A DNA stretch of 64,000 bases. Origin: Deltaproteobacteria bacterium. GTDB lineage: Bacteria; Desulfobacterota; Desulfobacteria; Desulfobacterales; Desulfatirhabdiaceae. The notes under the pieces were generated by a model that saw nothing but the letters and a program-made list of their open reading frames with translations, had not been told where the DNA came from and did not search any database. Location of the stretch: NCBI GenBank assembly GCA_037129415.1, contig JBAXVB010000001.1:1047-65046 (forward strand). Direction: 5' to 3'. Positions 15,416 through 24,014 of this stretch are shown here, piece by piece (within the stretch, counting starts at the first letter, position 1; each line of letters opens with the position of its first letter). Made by a program: the position numbers and the translations under genes.

Positions 15416-16504
15416 CTATATCTGTTCAGGAGGTAAAACTTTCCTCAGGGCAATGAGGTTGTCAATTTCTGAAATTAAATTTACCCAGTCATCATCTTCG
15501 TTCACTACAAATAGTTTTACGCCATGGCTTTGAGCCAAATTTGCTTTGCGTAAATCCCGTTCAACAGTTTTTTGAAATACTTCTTCTCCACCAAAAAAAT
15601 CAACTGACATATAATGCTGTGATCCATGATATTCTATAGCAATATTCCAATGTGGGAGCCATATATCAAAGTGCTGTTTGCCCAACCAGATTGGCTGACC
15701 ATGCTGAATTACTTTGGTTTGATGAAATGTTGATTCAATGAGCCTGAACAACTTTGTTTCAGTTATCCAGCCTTCACCAATTCTGGGAAGTCCAAGAATA
15801 TCCCGGGTTAAGTTTTCTGCTTCTGTCGAAATAGTTCTGATTTTAGTTAGATTATCGGATACTTCTTCCTGAAAAGAAATGACTTCAAATGATAGTCTGG
15901 TTTCATGTACTGGAGCTCCTCCAAATAGACGATGAGGAAAGCGTCTAGATTTTTGCATTTGTTTTCCAAAGATTGATATCCATCCTCCCCGCGACTTAGT
16001 AATTTTTGCGAAATGTTTCATAATACAATCTTTGTATATAGCTTGATTTTCAATTAAGAGTCGATTTCTTCTGCTCCTAGCTATAAGAACAATATCAATT
16101 GGATATGGTTCGAGTCCAATGTGACTTTGAAGATTTAATCGGAGATCGGAATTATGGACTATTTCAAAAGGAGATTTAGGTTCGGTTTTTTCTAAATAAA
16201 TGTCAAATTTGTTCATTCCAAGTAGACAGTCGTAAGCCCAAGATATGCAATAGTTTGACAAATACGTTTCGTGCGAATAAATCTCTGAGATATGCATAAG
16301 AAATTCATACAAATTTTCGTAGCCAATTTTATTCATATTTGATAATATTTTGTATAAATAGAGAAAAACGTAACTGAAATTACCCTCTACATCGAGATAA
16401 TCCCCTTGATTGAGTGATTCAACAAGAGATTTATAGAACGCCCGTTGAGCTTTATTCATATTATTATGACAGGGAGGACAGCCGACAAAAGGTGGCACGT
16501 TCAT
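15416..16504 (-). CDS. TerB-N-like N-terminus fused to a Vsr/DUF559-like (restriction-endonuclease fold) C-terminus
   Basis: 362 aa. The N-terminus is 'NKAQRAFYKSLVESLNQGDYLDVEGNFSYVFLYLYKIL'. The C-terminus is 'IGEGWITETKLFRLIE...HFDIWLPHWNIAIEYHGSQHY...FFGGEEVFQKTVERDLRK...GVKLFVV' (D...IEY.G.QH...RD..K layout). Confidence 0.5.
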   Translation of the reverse strand: MNVPPFVGCPPCHNNMNKAQRAFYKSLVESLNQGDYLDVEGNFSYVFLYLYKILSNMNKIGYENLYEFLMHISEIYSHETYLSNYCISWAYDCLLGMNKFDIYLEKTEPKSPFEIVHNSDLRLNLQSHIGLEPYPIDIVLIARSRRNRLLIENQAIYKDCIMKHFAKITKSRGGWISIFGKQMQKSRRFPHRLFGGAPVHETRLSFEVISFQEEVSDNLTKIRTISTEAENLTRDILGLPRIGEGWITETKLFRLIESTFHQTKVIQHGQPIWLGKQHFDIWLPHWNIAIEYHGSQHYMSVDFFGGEEVFQKTVERDLRKANLAQSHGVKLFVVNEDDDWVNLISEIDNLIALRKVLPPEQI

Positions 16505-17104
16505 GGGAACTCCTAAAAAGCTGAACTTATCGCATATAATGAATCCTGTAATTCCACAAATAAAAACTGATTATAACGGATTTGGGAGATTTTAACACGT
16601 TATTTGGAAAAATAATTTGAAATATATTATTCAAGTACTATTATTTTTGCTATAAATACAACGGGTTATTATTATCATGTAAACATTGCGCAATAAATCG
16701 GTAATACGTATAACCTATTGAAAATACAATCAACCCCCGAATCCATTATAATCAGAATAAAAAATAATGATGTTTTCCCCTAGTGCTGGTGATCTTCAGG
16801 ATGCCTGCCCGCCAGATTCATATTTTGGAGTTTTTAATCGGCTTCAAATTCTAACCAAAATGGGACATTGAAATTCTTGAAAACAGACAGAATGAAATGC
16901 TGAACAAATTAACAAAAGCCTCATAGTCCTTAAGCCTCGATCTGACCAGGAGGTGTGAATAGAGCAAATGCATAGGAACATTTTCTTCGATGCTAAGATA
17001 TGATGTTGGACTTGCCGCTGATCAACAACCAGAGCAAGACGGTACTCTGTCACTAATATATTTGCCACATGTCACGCATTTAATGAATGCCATAACTCTC
17101 TCGA

Positions 17105-17503
17105 CTATGAATTTTCATAGTCTTGCTTAGTCCCGTCCGTGAAAATTACTGACTTGGTAACAAATTCAACTTTCATGTCCTTCAAAGGAAGGTTATTTAA
17201 CTTGACCTGATCTTGGATGAAGTAGTTGTATTCAATGCCTCCCTCCCAGTTATACGTGCCATTGGCTCGGATTGGGTCCTGCACTTTCATGGAAATTGTA
17301 AAGACCAATTCGTCAAAGAGATCTTTGACCAACAAATTTCCAGCAAAGGCTCGTATGTCCTTCTTGTAGGAGTTGGCGAAGCGAAACTTGAAATCTATTC
17401 GATGCTTTACATCTGTTCCTTGAAACGATGGTTCATGATGGGTCTTTTTCAAGCATTTAGCCTTGATTAACTCTTTTCGCTTCTCTCTTGGAAATGTATC
17501 CAC
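17105..17503 (-). CDS. hypothetical protein (beta-rich)
   Basis: 132-aa ORF lying 15 bp downstream of 17519..18070 on the same strand. No recognisable motif. Confidence 0.5.
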   Translation of the reverse strand: MDTFPREKRKELIKAKCLKKTHHEPSFQGTDVKHRIDFKFRFANSYKKDIRAFAGNLLVKDLFDELVFTISMKVQDPIRANGTYNWEGGIEYNYFIQDQVKLNNLPLKDMKVEFVTKSVIFTDGTKQDYENS

Positions 17504-17518
17504 CTGTGTTGAGCTGTC

Positions 17519-18040
17519 CTAGGGCAACAAAGGATATGCTTGAGGGGCGACCTTAGGAAATTCATCTTTTATGTTTTGATCAATAGTTGAATCACTCGGA
17601 AATACTAGTCCGTATTTTGCTACGAGTTGCTGCTGTCTGAGAGTTGCGAGTGTGTGCTCGCAGGTTGCTATAGTTGTGAGCCATGTAGCATGGATGAGTC
17701 CACCGACATATTTGGAAGCTTCAGCTTTCGCTTTCTTGATGAGCGTTGATTGGGATTGGATATCGCTTCCTAATAGTGTTGCACGATCATGGTCTGGGGT
17801 TGCTGCTTGAGCAACAATGCTAAATGGAACTCCGAACTCAAGCGAACAAATGCGTTGCTCCAAGAGTGCACGAGTTATCTGAATGATTTGTAGCCGGACG
17901 GTGATGAGTGACTTGACGAGTCCGCCTGTGTACTGAGCGTCTTCTACCTTTGCAATTTCAATTTCTTGGTTAATGCGAGTTAATTCAGTTCTGAGTGCAG
18001 AAATTGTTTGAGAGTCACTTGCAGTAGTGGTTGGTTCCAT
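17519..18040 (-). CDS. hypothetical protein with two internal Y.GGL...helical repeats
   Basis: The ORF track gives 17519..18070. The ATG at 18040 is preceded by GGGAGG. 'AQYTGGLVKSLITVRLQIIQITRALLEQR' and 'ASKYVGGLIHATWLTTIATCEHTLATLRQQQ' are repeats. Confidence 0.5.
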   Translation of the reverse strand: MEPTTTASDSQTISALRTELTRINQEIEIAKVEDAQYTGGLVKSLITVRLQIIQITRALLEQRICSLEFGVPFSIVAQAATPDHDRATLLGSDIQSQSTLIKKAKAEASKYVGGLIHATWLTTIATCEHTLATLRQQQLVAKYGLVFPSDSTIDQNIKDEFPKVAPQAYPLLP

Positions 18041-18371
18041 GTGTCCTCCCTTGTTCTTGGTATAGTTCATTCTTGCCCAACGAATAAGGATATAGTGTGA
18101 GAGCGAAGTGAACCACGATCTTATCCGTTGGTTGAACGATTCCGATAACTTTGGAAAATCTTTTTTGGACAGTGTTGTCCAAGATTTATAAACACCCTAC
18201 CATCATGGTCGAGCCATAAAGTCAGCCCGTATTCATAGCGATAGGGTCCCTGTATATGAGACAGGGTGGTAATCGCATACGGCGTTTTATACCCCCATTT
18301 CCATCGTCCTTATCGTCAGTACAACAACTAAATAGAAAGGAGATTCACGATGAACCCCGCATTCACGACCT

Positions 18372-18749
18372 CTACCGGTTCATATATTTATCTTCCATGT
18401 AGCGGAGCAGATCCCATGGATTAACTCCACGGTTACCTCTCTTCATATTACATTCTGGGTGCGCTATTCTCACGTTGGATGATTCATTACCTCCTCCATA
18501 GCTAAATGGAATTATGTGGTCTATGTGCCATGGGGGCGATACTTGTTCTGAACAAAGAGAGCATTTACCATCTTGTTTTTCGTATATTTCATATATTACC
18601 TTCATCAACCAAGGACGGCGAACGTTGGGGGCAATTTCTCGCAAAATAGTGCTACATTCAGTCACTTGTGTCCAGAAATCTCTCCAAGAAGCATTTTCGA
18701 CAGCGGTTGCATTCGCCAATATATCGTCTATGATTTTTGTCATTATCAC
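18372..18749 (-). CDS. HNH endonuclease
   Basis: 125 aa. 'CSLCSEQVSPPWHIDHIIPFSYGGGNESSNVRIAHPECNMKRGN' is the HNH/His-Me finger signature. Confidence 0.85.
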   Translation of the reverse strand: MIMTKIIDDILANATAVENASWRDFWTQVTECSTILREIAPNVRRPWLMKVIYEIYEKQDGKCSLCSEQVSPPWHIDHIIPFSYGGGNESSNVRIAHPECNMKRGNRGVNPWDLLRYMEDKYMNR

Positions 18750-19054
18750 GCCGCCAAAGCCTTTCGAGCATTTCCTGCCCTTGTTCGGTTGTTCCTCAGT
18801 TTAGTTAAAAGCTCTTCCGCTCTTATTTGTCCACCAATGTTTTGTAATGTGGTAACGAGTTTTTCTACTATATCAAGAACTTTGTTCAAATCATCTATGA
18901 TTTCATCCAGATCTTGCATATTCTTATGTTTATATCTGCCCATACGAGATACTAAACGTTCCAATCTTTCCTCGAGTGAAGGTTCACGGGATTCGATTTC
19001 CTCAAGTTGTTGTTCAGGTTTTAACCTAATGATATTTTTGAACCACGAAAGCAT
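18746..19054 (-). CDS. coiled-coil hypothetical protein, translationally coupled to the HNH gene
   Basis: 102 aa. Its stop overlaps the HNH start by 4 nt (ATGA). Confidence 0.55.
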   Translation of the reverse strand: MLSWFKNIIRLKPEQQLEEIESREPSLEERLERLVSRMGRYKHKNMQDLDEIIDDLNKVLDIVEKLVTTLQNIGGQIRAEELLTKLRNNRTRAGNARKALAA

Positions 19055-19087
19055 ATAAAAATCTCCTTTATCTTGTTATGTTTAATG

Positions 19088-19252
19088 CTAACTACAGTAC
19101 CCATTACTCGGGGCTGGTAAATTACAGCCTGCAAATTCAACCATTGCACAATACACGCATCTGAATTCACAAGTACCCGCATATGCAACAGCAGACAGAA
19201 ATAAAATTAATCCGATAATAATCGCACGGTACTTTGTTGAATCAATTTTCAT
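19088..19252 (-). CDS. small secreted Cys-rich peptide (54 aa, below ORF-track cutoff)
   Basis: GGGGGGGAG RBS lies 5 nt upstream of the ATG. Translation: MKIDSTKYRAIIIGLILFLSAVAYA|GTCEFRCVYCAMVEFAGCNLPAPSNGYCS*. This is a signal peptide plus a 29-aa mature part with 5 Cys. Confidence 0.5.
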   Translation of the reverse strand: MKIDSTKYRAIIIGLILFLSAVAYAGTCEFRCVYCAMVEFAGCNLPAPSNGYCS

Positions 19253-19449
19253 CTTTTCTCCCCCCCTAAATTATCAAGATTTACAGCAGTTTAATACAGA
19301 CATACATTAAAAGCAAATAGATAAAGTGTAAAGTACGAAATCACAGGATACTGTCCCGATAACGGAACAGTATCCATTTAATCAACCGAAGGCAGTTGCT
19401 GGCATTTTCGCTGGTGGCTGCCTTTTTTGCGTTTTTAAGGAGGCTTATA

Positions 19450-19986
19450 ATGAAACAGACATCAATTCGAACTTCACAACAAGGACTTTTTAGTACTCCG
19501 TCAGACCAATTCGCCAGCGTTTCTGTATATCGGGTATGCCTGGTCAAAGATGCAACGGTATCCTTCGGGAAAGCATGCATCCGCAGTTCCCAAAAGGCTC
19601 ATGCTGTGATTCAGAAACTTATCCTTACGCGTTCACAGCCGGATAGAGAGTCTTTCGTCGTGGCAATGTTGAATGCCAAGAATGACTTGATAGGGCTAAA
19701 TGTCGTCTCGATGGGAATCCTCTCCTCTACACTCGTTCACCCGCGAGAGGTTCTAAAACCCGCTATCCTCGCCAACGCTGCTGCGATGATACTCTGTCAC
19801 AATCATCCATCAGGTGATTTGAATCCATCTACTGATGATTTGGAAATTACCAGGAAAATCATCAAAGCGTCACACATCGTGGATATTCAGGTTCACGAAC
19901 ACCTCATTATCAACATGGAAAATGAGAAATATTTCAGTTTTGCTGATGAGGGAATTATTCGGCGTTTTTATGAAGAAATAACCTGA
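19450..19986 (+). CDS. radC: RadC-like JAB/MPN domain protein
   Basis: AGGAGG RBS then ATG at 19450. The JAMM motif is 'MILCHNHPSGDLNPSTDDLEITRKI'. Confidence 0.85.
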   Translation: MKQTSIRTSQQGLFSTPSDQFASVSVYRVCLVKDATVSFGKACIRSSQKAHAVIQKLILTRSQPDRESFVVAMLNAKNDLIGLNVVSMGILSSTLVHPREVLKPAILANAAAMILCHNHPSGDLNPSTDDLEITRKIIKASHIVDIQVHEHLIINMENEKYFSFADEGIIRRFYEEIT

Positions 19987-20190
19987 TCGGCATCCTTCAT
20001 AACCCCCATTTCCAATAAATATCCCATCCAATTCCTTCTACAGCACCATTTGATCGTCCTATCAATCCTATAAGTCAATTTTTTCCACCCGCGAAAGTTT
20101 TTTATTTCCCCAAAGGAGCAGCACCACTTTTAATCAAGGACTGGTCGGTTTCGATTAGTTCTATTTTTGTTTATTGAAAAGGAAAAACAC

Positions 20191-21054
20191 ATGAACAGAG
20201 AAATTCTTGAAAAACACTTTGGCTTGGAGCAGATCAAGCAGCGCGAAGGAAACTTCGGCAAGATGCTTGATTACATTGAAGGTCACTCAGTAATTCAAAG
20301 GTTAAATGATGCCTTCGATGGAGATTGGAGTTTCACCATCGTTCGATACGATATTTTCAAAGAAACCGATGAAGTACTCGTTCAAGGCGAACTGAAAGCT
20401 GGAAATGTGGTCAAAATGCAATTCGGTTCGAGCAAAATTACTCATGCCAGGAAAAATGGCGACATTATCTCTCTTGGAGATGATCTCAAAGCTGCTGCCA
20501 CTGACGCATTGAAAAAGGCTGCCACGCTATTTGGCGTGGGATTACATCTTTATCGCAACGATGGGCAGCAGCAGGGTTCCCAGCATAACGGTAGCAGCGG
20601 TAACCGTTCGGGTGCCAACGGTGGAAATGGTAACGGTTCGGGTGCCAATGGCAGCTACGGTTCAGGTTCCAATGGTGGAAATGGTAACGGTTCAGGTGCC
20701 AACGGTGGAAATGGTAACGGTTCGGGTGCCAATGGTGGAAACGGTAATGGGAGCAGTTCCCATCCTCCTGTAAATGGAAGTGGCAATGGGAATGGTGGAA
20801 ATGGAAACGGTGCCAATGGCGGCAGCGATTCGGGTTCCAATGGAAACGGAAATGGCGGTAGCAACGGCAATGGAAACGGAGATAACAATGGAAATGGGAG
20901 GCTCTCGGCAAAGCAATACCAATACATTCAGCGTCTCACTAAAGAAAACAATGCTGACTTAAATAAGAGATGTCAGGAAATGTTCGGAACCGTCGCACAG
21001 CATCTCTCTAAAATTAATGCATCAAGAATGATAGAGTTTTTGATGGCTCAGTAG
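20191..21054 (+). CDS. Rad52/Rad22-family single-strand annealing protein with long Gly/Asn/Ser-rich linker
   Basis: 'YIEGHSVIQRLNDAFDGDWSFTIV...VQGELK...LGDDLKAAATDALKKAATLFGVGLHLY' is a Rad52-type SSAP core. It is followed by ~100 aa of a GNG/GSGA repeat. Confidence 0.7.
   Translation: MNREILEKHFGLEQIKQREGNFGKMLDYIEGHSVIQRLNDAFDGDWSFTIVRYDIFKETDEVLVQGELKAGNVVKMQFGSSKITHARKNGDIISLGDDLKAAATDALKKAATLFGVGLHLYRNDGQQQGSQHNGSSGNRSGANGGNGNGSGANGSYGSGSNGGNGNGSGANGGNGNGSGANGGNGNGSSSHPPVNGSGNGNGGNGNGANGGSDSGSNGNGNGGSNGNGNGDNNGNGRLSAKQYQYIQRLTKENNADLNKRCQEMFGTVAQHLSKINASRMIEFLMAQ
20587..20900 (+). repeat. in-frame tandem repeat (30-bp unit ggtgccaacggtggaaatggtaacggttcg and variants) encoding the G/N/S low-complexity linker
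   Basis: Identical 30-mers lie at 20611-20640 and 20695-20724, with variants between and after them. Confidence 0.8.
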
Positions 21055-21117
21055 TCAGTATTCCGATCATACGAAAAACAGTATTTCGATTTTCCGAGCG
21101 CACGGAAAGTTAATAAC

Positions 21118-21155
21118 GGGGGAAGGTCCAATATCGGATTTTCCCCTTTTTTTTT
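21118..21155 (+). terminator. hairpin + T-run after the annealase gene
   Basis: GGGGGAA-ggtccaatatcgga-TTTTCCCC followed by ttttttttt. Confidence 0.5.
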
Positions 21156-21189
21156 GCATTCCAACAACCAATCAATAAGGAGATTCGTT

Positions 21190-22020
21190 ATGTCAACATT
21201 GCAATCGTTTAACCAGGAACTGCACATCAGTCATAGTCAAATTTTCACCTATCAAAATTGTTCGCTGAAATATAAATTTCAGTACATTCAGGGTAAGAAA
21301 ATGGAAAGAATCTCGATCGCACTCCCCTTCGGCTCAGCCATTCATACAGCAATCGAGATGTATTATCGATCCCTGAAAAATCACGGAAGCACCGAGTCCC
21401 TGGAATCACTCTCTGAAAGGTTTGAAACTTGCCTGGAGCTGGATTTGGAGAATTCTGAGATTCCCATAATCTTTAAAAAGGAACTGCCTAATCATGAAGG
21501 TGCGGTAAAAATGGGCAATGCCATGCTCAAGGTTTTCCACGAATCCATTCCTCAAACTCTCCAGAACGTTCAAGAAATAATTGGTGTGGAGTTGCCGTTG
21601 ACTGCAAAGCTTTATACCGAAGACGGTCAAAAAACTGATTTTTTATTGGTAGGAATAATCGACCTCATTATTAGAGACAAGAACGGTTTTGTGATCGTGG
21701 TCGATAATAAGACGGCTGCAAAACCTATGGCACAATCCACCTGTGACGAAAGTGGGCAGATGACCGCTTACGCATATTTGCTCGCAGCAAACAAATATGT
21801 TCTGCCAACTAGCAAAGTTCAATGTGAATTTCACATACTCCGCAAATTAGTAACGCCGAAAATAGAGCATGTTCAAACCGTCCGTACAGCCCAGGATCGA
21901 AAACGCTTCGCCAAGATCGCTAACGCGGTACTCGCAAGTATAGATGCCAGCATCTATATACCTCAACAGAGTTGGATGTGCAGCGATTGTGCTTATTCAA
22001 ACGCCTGTAAATCGTGGTGA
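21190..22020 (+). CDS. PD-(D/E)XK nuclease of Cas4/RecB-exonuclease type
   Basis: AAGGAG RBS then ATG at 21190. It has 'GIIDLIIRDKNGFVIVVDNKTA', 'QMTAYAYLL' and a C-terminal Cys cluster 'CSDCAYSNAC'. It is the usual partner of an SSAP. Confidence 0.7.
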   Translation: MSTLQSFNQELHISHSQIFTYQNCSLKYKFQYIQGKKMERISIALPFGSAIHTAIEMYYRSLKNHGSTESLESLSERFETCLELDLENSEIPIIFKKELPNHEGAVKMGNAMLKVFHESIPQTLQNVQEIIGVELPLTAKLYTEDGQKTDFLLVGIIDLIIRDKNGFVIVVDNKTAAKPMAQSTCDESGQMTAYAYLLAANKYVLPTSKVQCEFHILRKLVTPKIEHVQTVRTAQDRKRFAKIANAVLASIDASIYIPQQSWMCSDCAYSNACKSW

Positions 22021-22123
22021 AGAAAGAAGATAGAGCAGGGTAAGCCGACACAATAGCAATGAACGCCTCTCTGATGAGCTCTCAAGCTCTCTGATGGGCG
22101 TTTCTGTTTAGAAAGGAAACGCA

Positions 22124-22306
22124 ATGTTTATCAAACGTGTTTGTGCCTGGTGCAGCCGTTATCTGGGCTCCAAGGAGTGCAAATATATGTCCAATCAACC
22201 CCTCGAAGAACTGGTCAGCCATAGCATCTGTACCGAGTGCCTTGAGAAAGCCTTGGCAGAGATTGAATCAGTCCCCTCCGTAATCAACAAAACCAACAAC
22301 AAGTAA
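22124..22306 (+). CDS. small Cys4 protein
   Basis: 60 aa with 'CAWCSRY...CTEC'. Confidence 0.45.
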   Translation: MFIKRVCAWCSRYLGSKECKYMSNQPLEELVSHSICTECLEKALAEIESVPSVINKTNNK

Positions 22307-22324
22307 ACAAAAAGGAGAATTATC

Positions 22325-23263
22325 ATGACAAATACAGCAACGCTGGAAAACGTGATCAATGTCGTTCATCAAAAATCTCAATTCTGTTTTGATGAACTCG
22401 TGCCGGTAAATGAAATGGAGTTCGACAGCCTGACTGAAATGTGGGTGTCGGGCAAACAAGTCACAGTTCTGCCCAGTGCTCAACGTCTTTTGGCTAATAG
22501 ATTGAGGGTCCCGCATTCTTACCTGTCCAGGTGCCCTGCTGAGCTTCAAGCCAGGAATTTGAATTATTGGATTGAACAGGAACGCAGCCAGCGGGAAACC
22601 TTCTTTTGTCGTTTCGACGCAAATCAACTGCGTGCGGTATTTACCGAGCGATATACCGCTATCGACAATATGGAAGTGCTGACAAAAATGCTCGAATATG
22701 GATTTGACCCAGACGGTGAAATCCAATTCGCCTTGGACGATGAAATGATGCTTCTGAAAATGCCTGAATATGACCGAGCCTTTTATCTGGTCGGTGACGA
22801 CAAAATTATCCCAGGTATTTCTATAAGCAATTCGGAAGTGGGCATTCTCGCACTGTCCATCGAGGCATTCTATTACCGCTTGGTCTGTAGCAATGGTCTC
22901 ATTGCCAAAACCGCCGTTGATGCCCGCTACAAGCATATTTCACGCAAGGTTATCAACGAGTTCCCAAGCATCCTGCAAGGTGTTATCAGCCAGTCCCGCC
23001 AGGGGAATGATCGTTTCCGTATTTCGACCCAGACGCACGTGAGCAATCCTGAAAGCACTATCGACACCTTTGCCAGACAGTTTCAAATCCCCCAGGAAGA
23101 GGCTCAAATCATCAAGGCTGCTTTCTTTTTGGAGCAGGGGGCAACAATGTTCCACGTCATCAATGCTTTTACCCGTGCAGCTCAAGATGGACGTCTTTCT
23201 GCACCAAGTGCATATCGGCTTGAGAAAGCGGGCGGTGCCATACTGGGTATGGTGAAATCTTAA
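22325..23263 (+). CDS. DUF932-family protein
   Basis: 312 aa. 'GISISNSEVGILALSIEAFYYRLVCSNGLI' is the DUF932 core motif. The family is common on plasmids and ICEs. Confidence 0.7.
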   Translation: MTNTATLENVINVVHQKSQFCFDELVPVNEMEFDSLTEMWVSGKQVTVLPSAQRLLANRLRVPHSYLSRCPAELQARNLNYWIEQERSQRETFFCRFDANQLRAVFTERYTAIDNMEVLTKMLEYGFDPDGEIQFALDDEMMLLKMPEYDRAFYLVGDDKIIPGISISNSEVGILALSIEAFYYRLVCSNGLIAKTAVDARYKHISRKVINEFPSILQGVISQSRQGNDRFRISTQTHVSNPESTIDTFARQFQIPQEEAQIIKAAFFLEQGATMFHVINAFTRAAQDGRLSAPSAYRLEKAGGAILGMVKS

Positions 23264-23345
23264 ACGACTGAATCAAATAACTTGTTTTTTAATGAGCCCT
23301 GCTGGATTTCGATCCGGTAGGGCTTTCTTTATTTTGGAGGTATCC

Positions 23346-23813
23346 ATGGAAAATATTGGAATAATCGGAGCCCGGAAATACAAGGATAAAAAATCTGTCA
23401 TCGAGCTGGTCGAGTCCCTTCCTAGGAATTCAACAGTTATCACGAGCTCCTGTCAAGGGGTTTGTGCATGGGTCAGAGAAACTGCCAGTTCGGAAGGTCT
23501 TCAAGTTCGCATCTTTTCCCCAGACCTATCAGGAATCGGAAGTCGAGTGGAGATGGTTGAGCGTTATTACCAGCGGAATCGGGAGTTAATATCGGCTTGT
23601 CAGGTGGTTCACGCTTTCATAAGCCATGAAGGATTGACCGGAGGAACAAAATATGAGGTTTTTTACGCCAAACGCCTGAAAAAGGAATTATTCCTGCATT
23701 GGGAAAACGGGAAGATTCAGCGGCACTTCCAGCAGCAATCCATGCTTTTACACGATACGGAAAAAGACTCTGGAGCAGGATGGTTGTCCTTCTTTTCGGA
23801 GGCTTTGGCTTAA
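23346..23813 (+). CDS. SLOG/DUF2493-like protein
   Basis: GGAGG RBS then ATG at 23346. 'IGIIGARKY...VITSSCQGVCAWVRETA...YQRNRELISACQVVHAF...GGTKYEVFYAKR' matches the DUF2493 layout. Confidence 0.5.
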   Translation: MENIGIIGARKYKDKKSVIELVESLPRNSTVITSSCQGVCAWVRETASSEGLQVRIFSPDLSGIGSRVEMVERYYQRNRELISACQVVHAFISHEGLTGGTKYEVFYAKRLKKELFLHWENGKIQRHFQQQSMLLHDTEKDSGAGWLSFFSEALA

Positions 23814-23978
23814 TTGAGGGAGAATGCGTTACTCACCAGAGTTACGATGGTTGTTTCCTGCAAACCTATGAGTGAATCGGAGATGAGGTGTGTAGAAATG
23901 ACATCCTTTATATCTACCAAAATTGCTTTGCAATAGATTTTCGAGATTGCATCAGCACCCACATTTCACTGTTTTGAC

Positions 23979-24013
23979 CTGACCGGAAGATTGTTCCGGT
24001 CAGCAGTTTTCTT
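23979..24013 (+). terminator. rho-independent terminator of the + strand recombination operon
   Basis: ctgaccggaa-gattg-ttccggtcag (10-bp stem) followed by cagttttcttg. Confidence 0.65.
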
Positions 24014-24014
24014 G

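Noticed and set aside
16844-17068. 74-aa minus-strand ORF in the gene-free gap
   Set aside because: It has no RBS, a Cys/Leu-rich odd composition and no motif. It may be debris of a decayed gene, but this is not supportable.
18071-18371. Structured 300-bp gap (hairpins at ~18170 and ~18245) considered as a retron or other ncRNA. It also holds a 24-aa plus-strand ORF with an AAAGGAG RBS at 18350.
   Set aside because: No reverse transcriptase or other ncRNA partner gene is present and the hairpins are short. The mini-ORF overlaps the HNH 3' end antisense and has no supporting features.
20486-20962. Six overlapping ORFs in all frames over the Gly/Asn repeat
   Set aside because: They are an artefact of a stop-free 30-bp tandem repeat. 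Only the frame continuous with the Rad52-like core and conserved C-terminus is credible.
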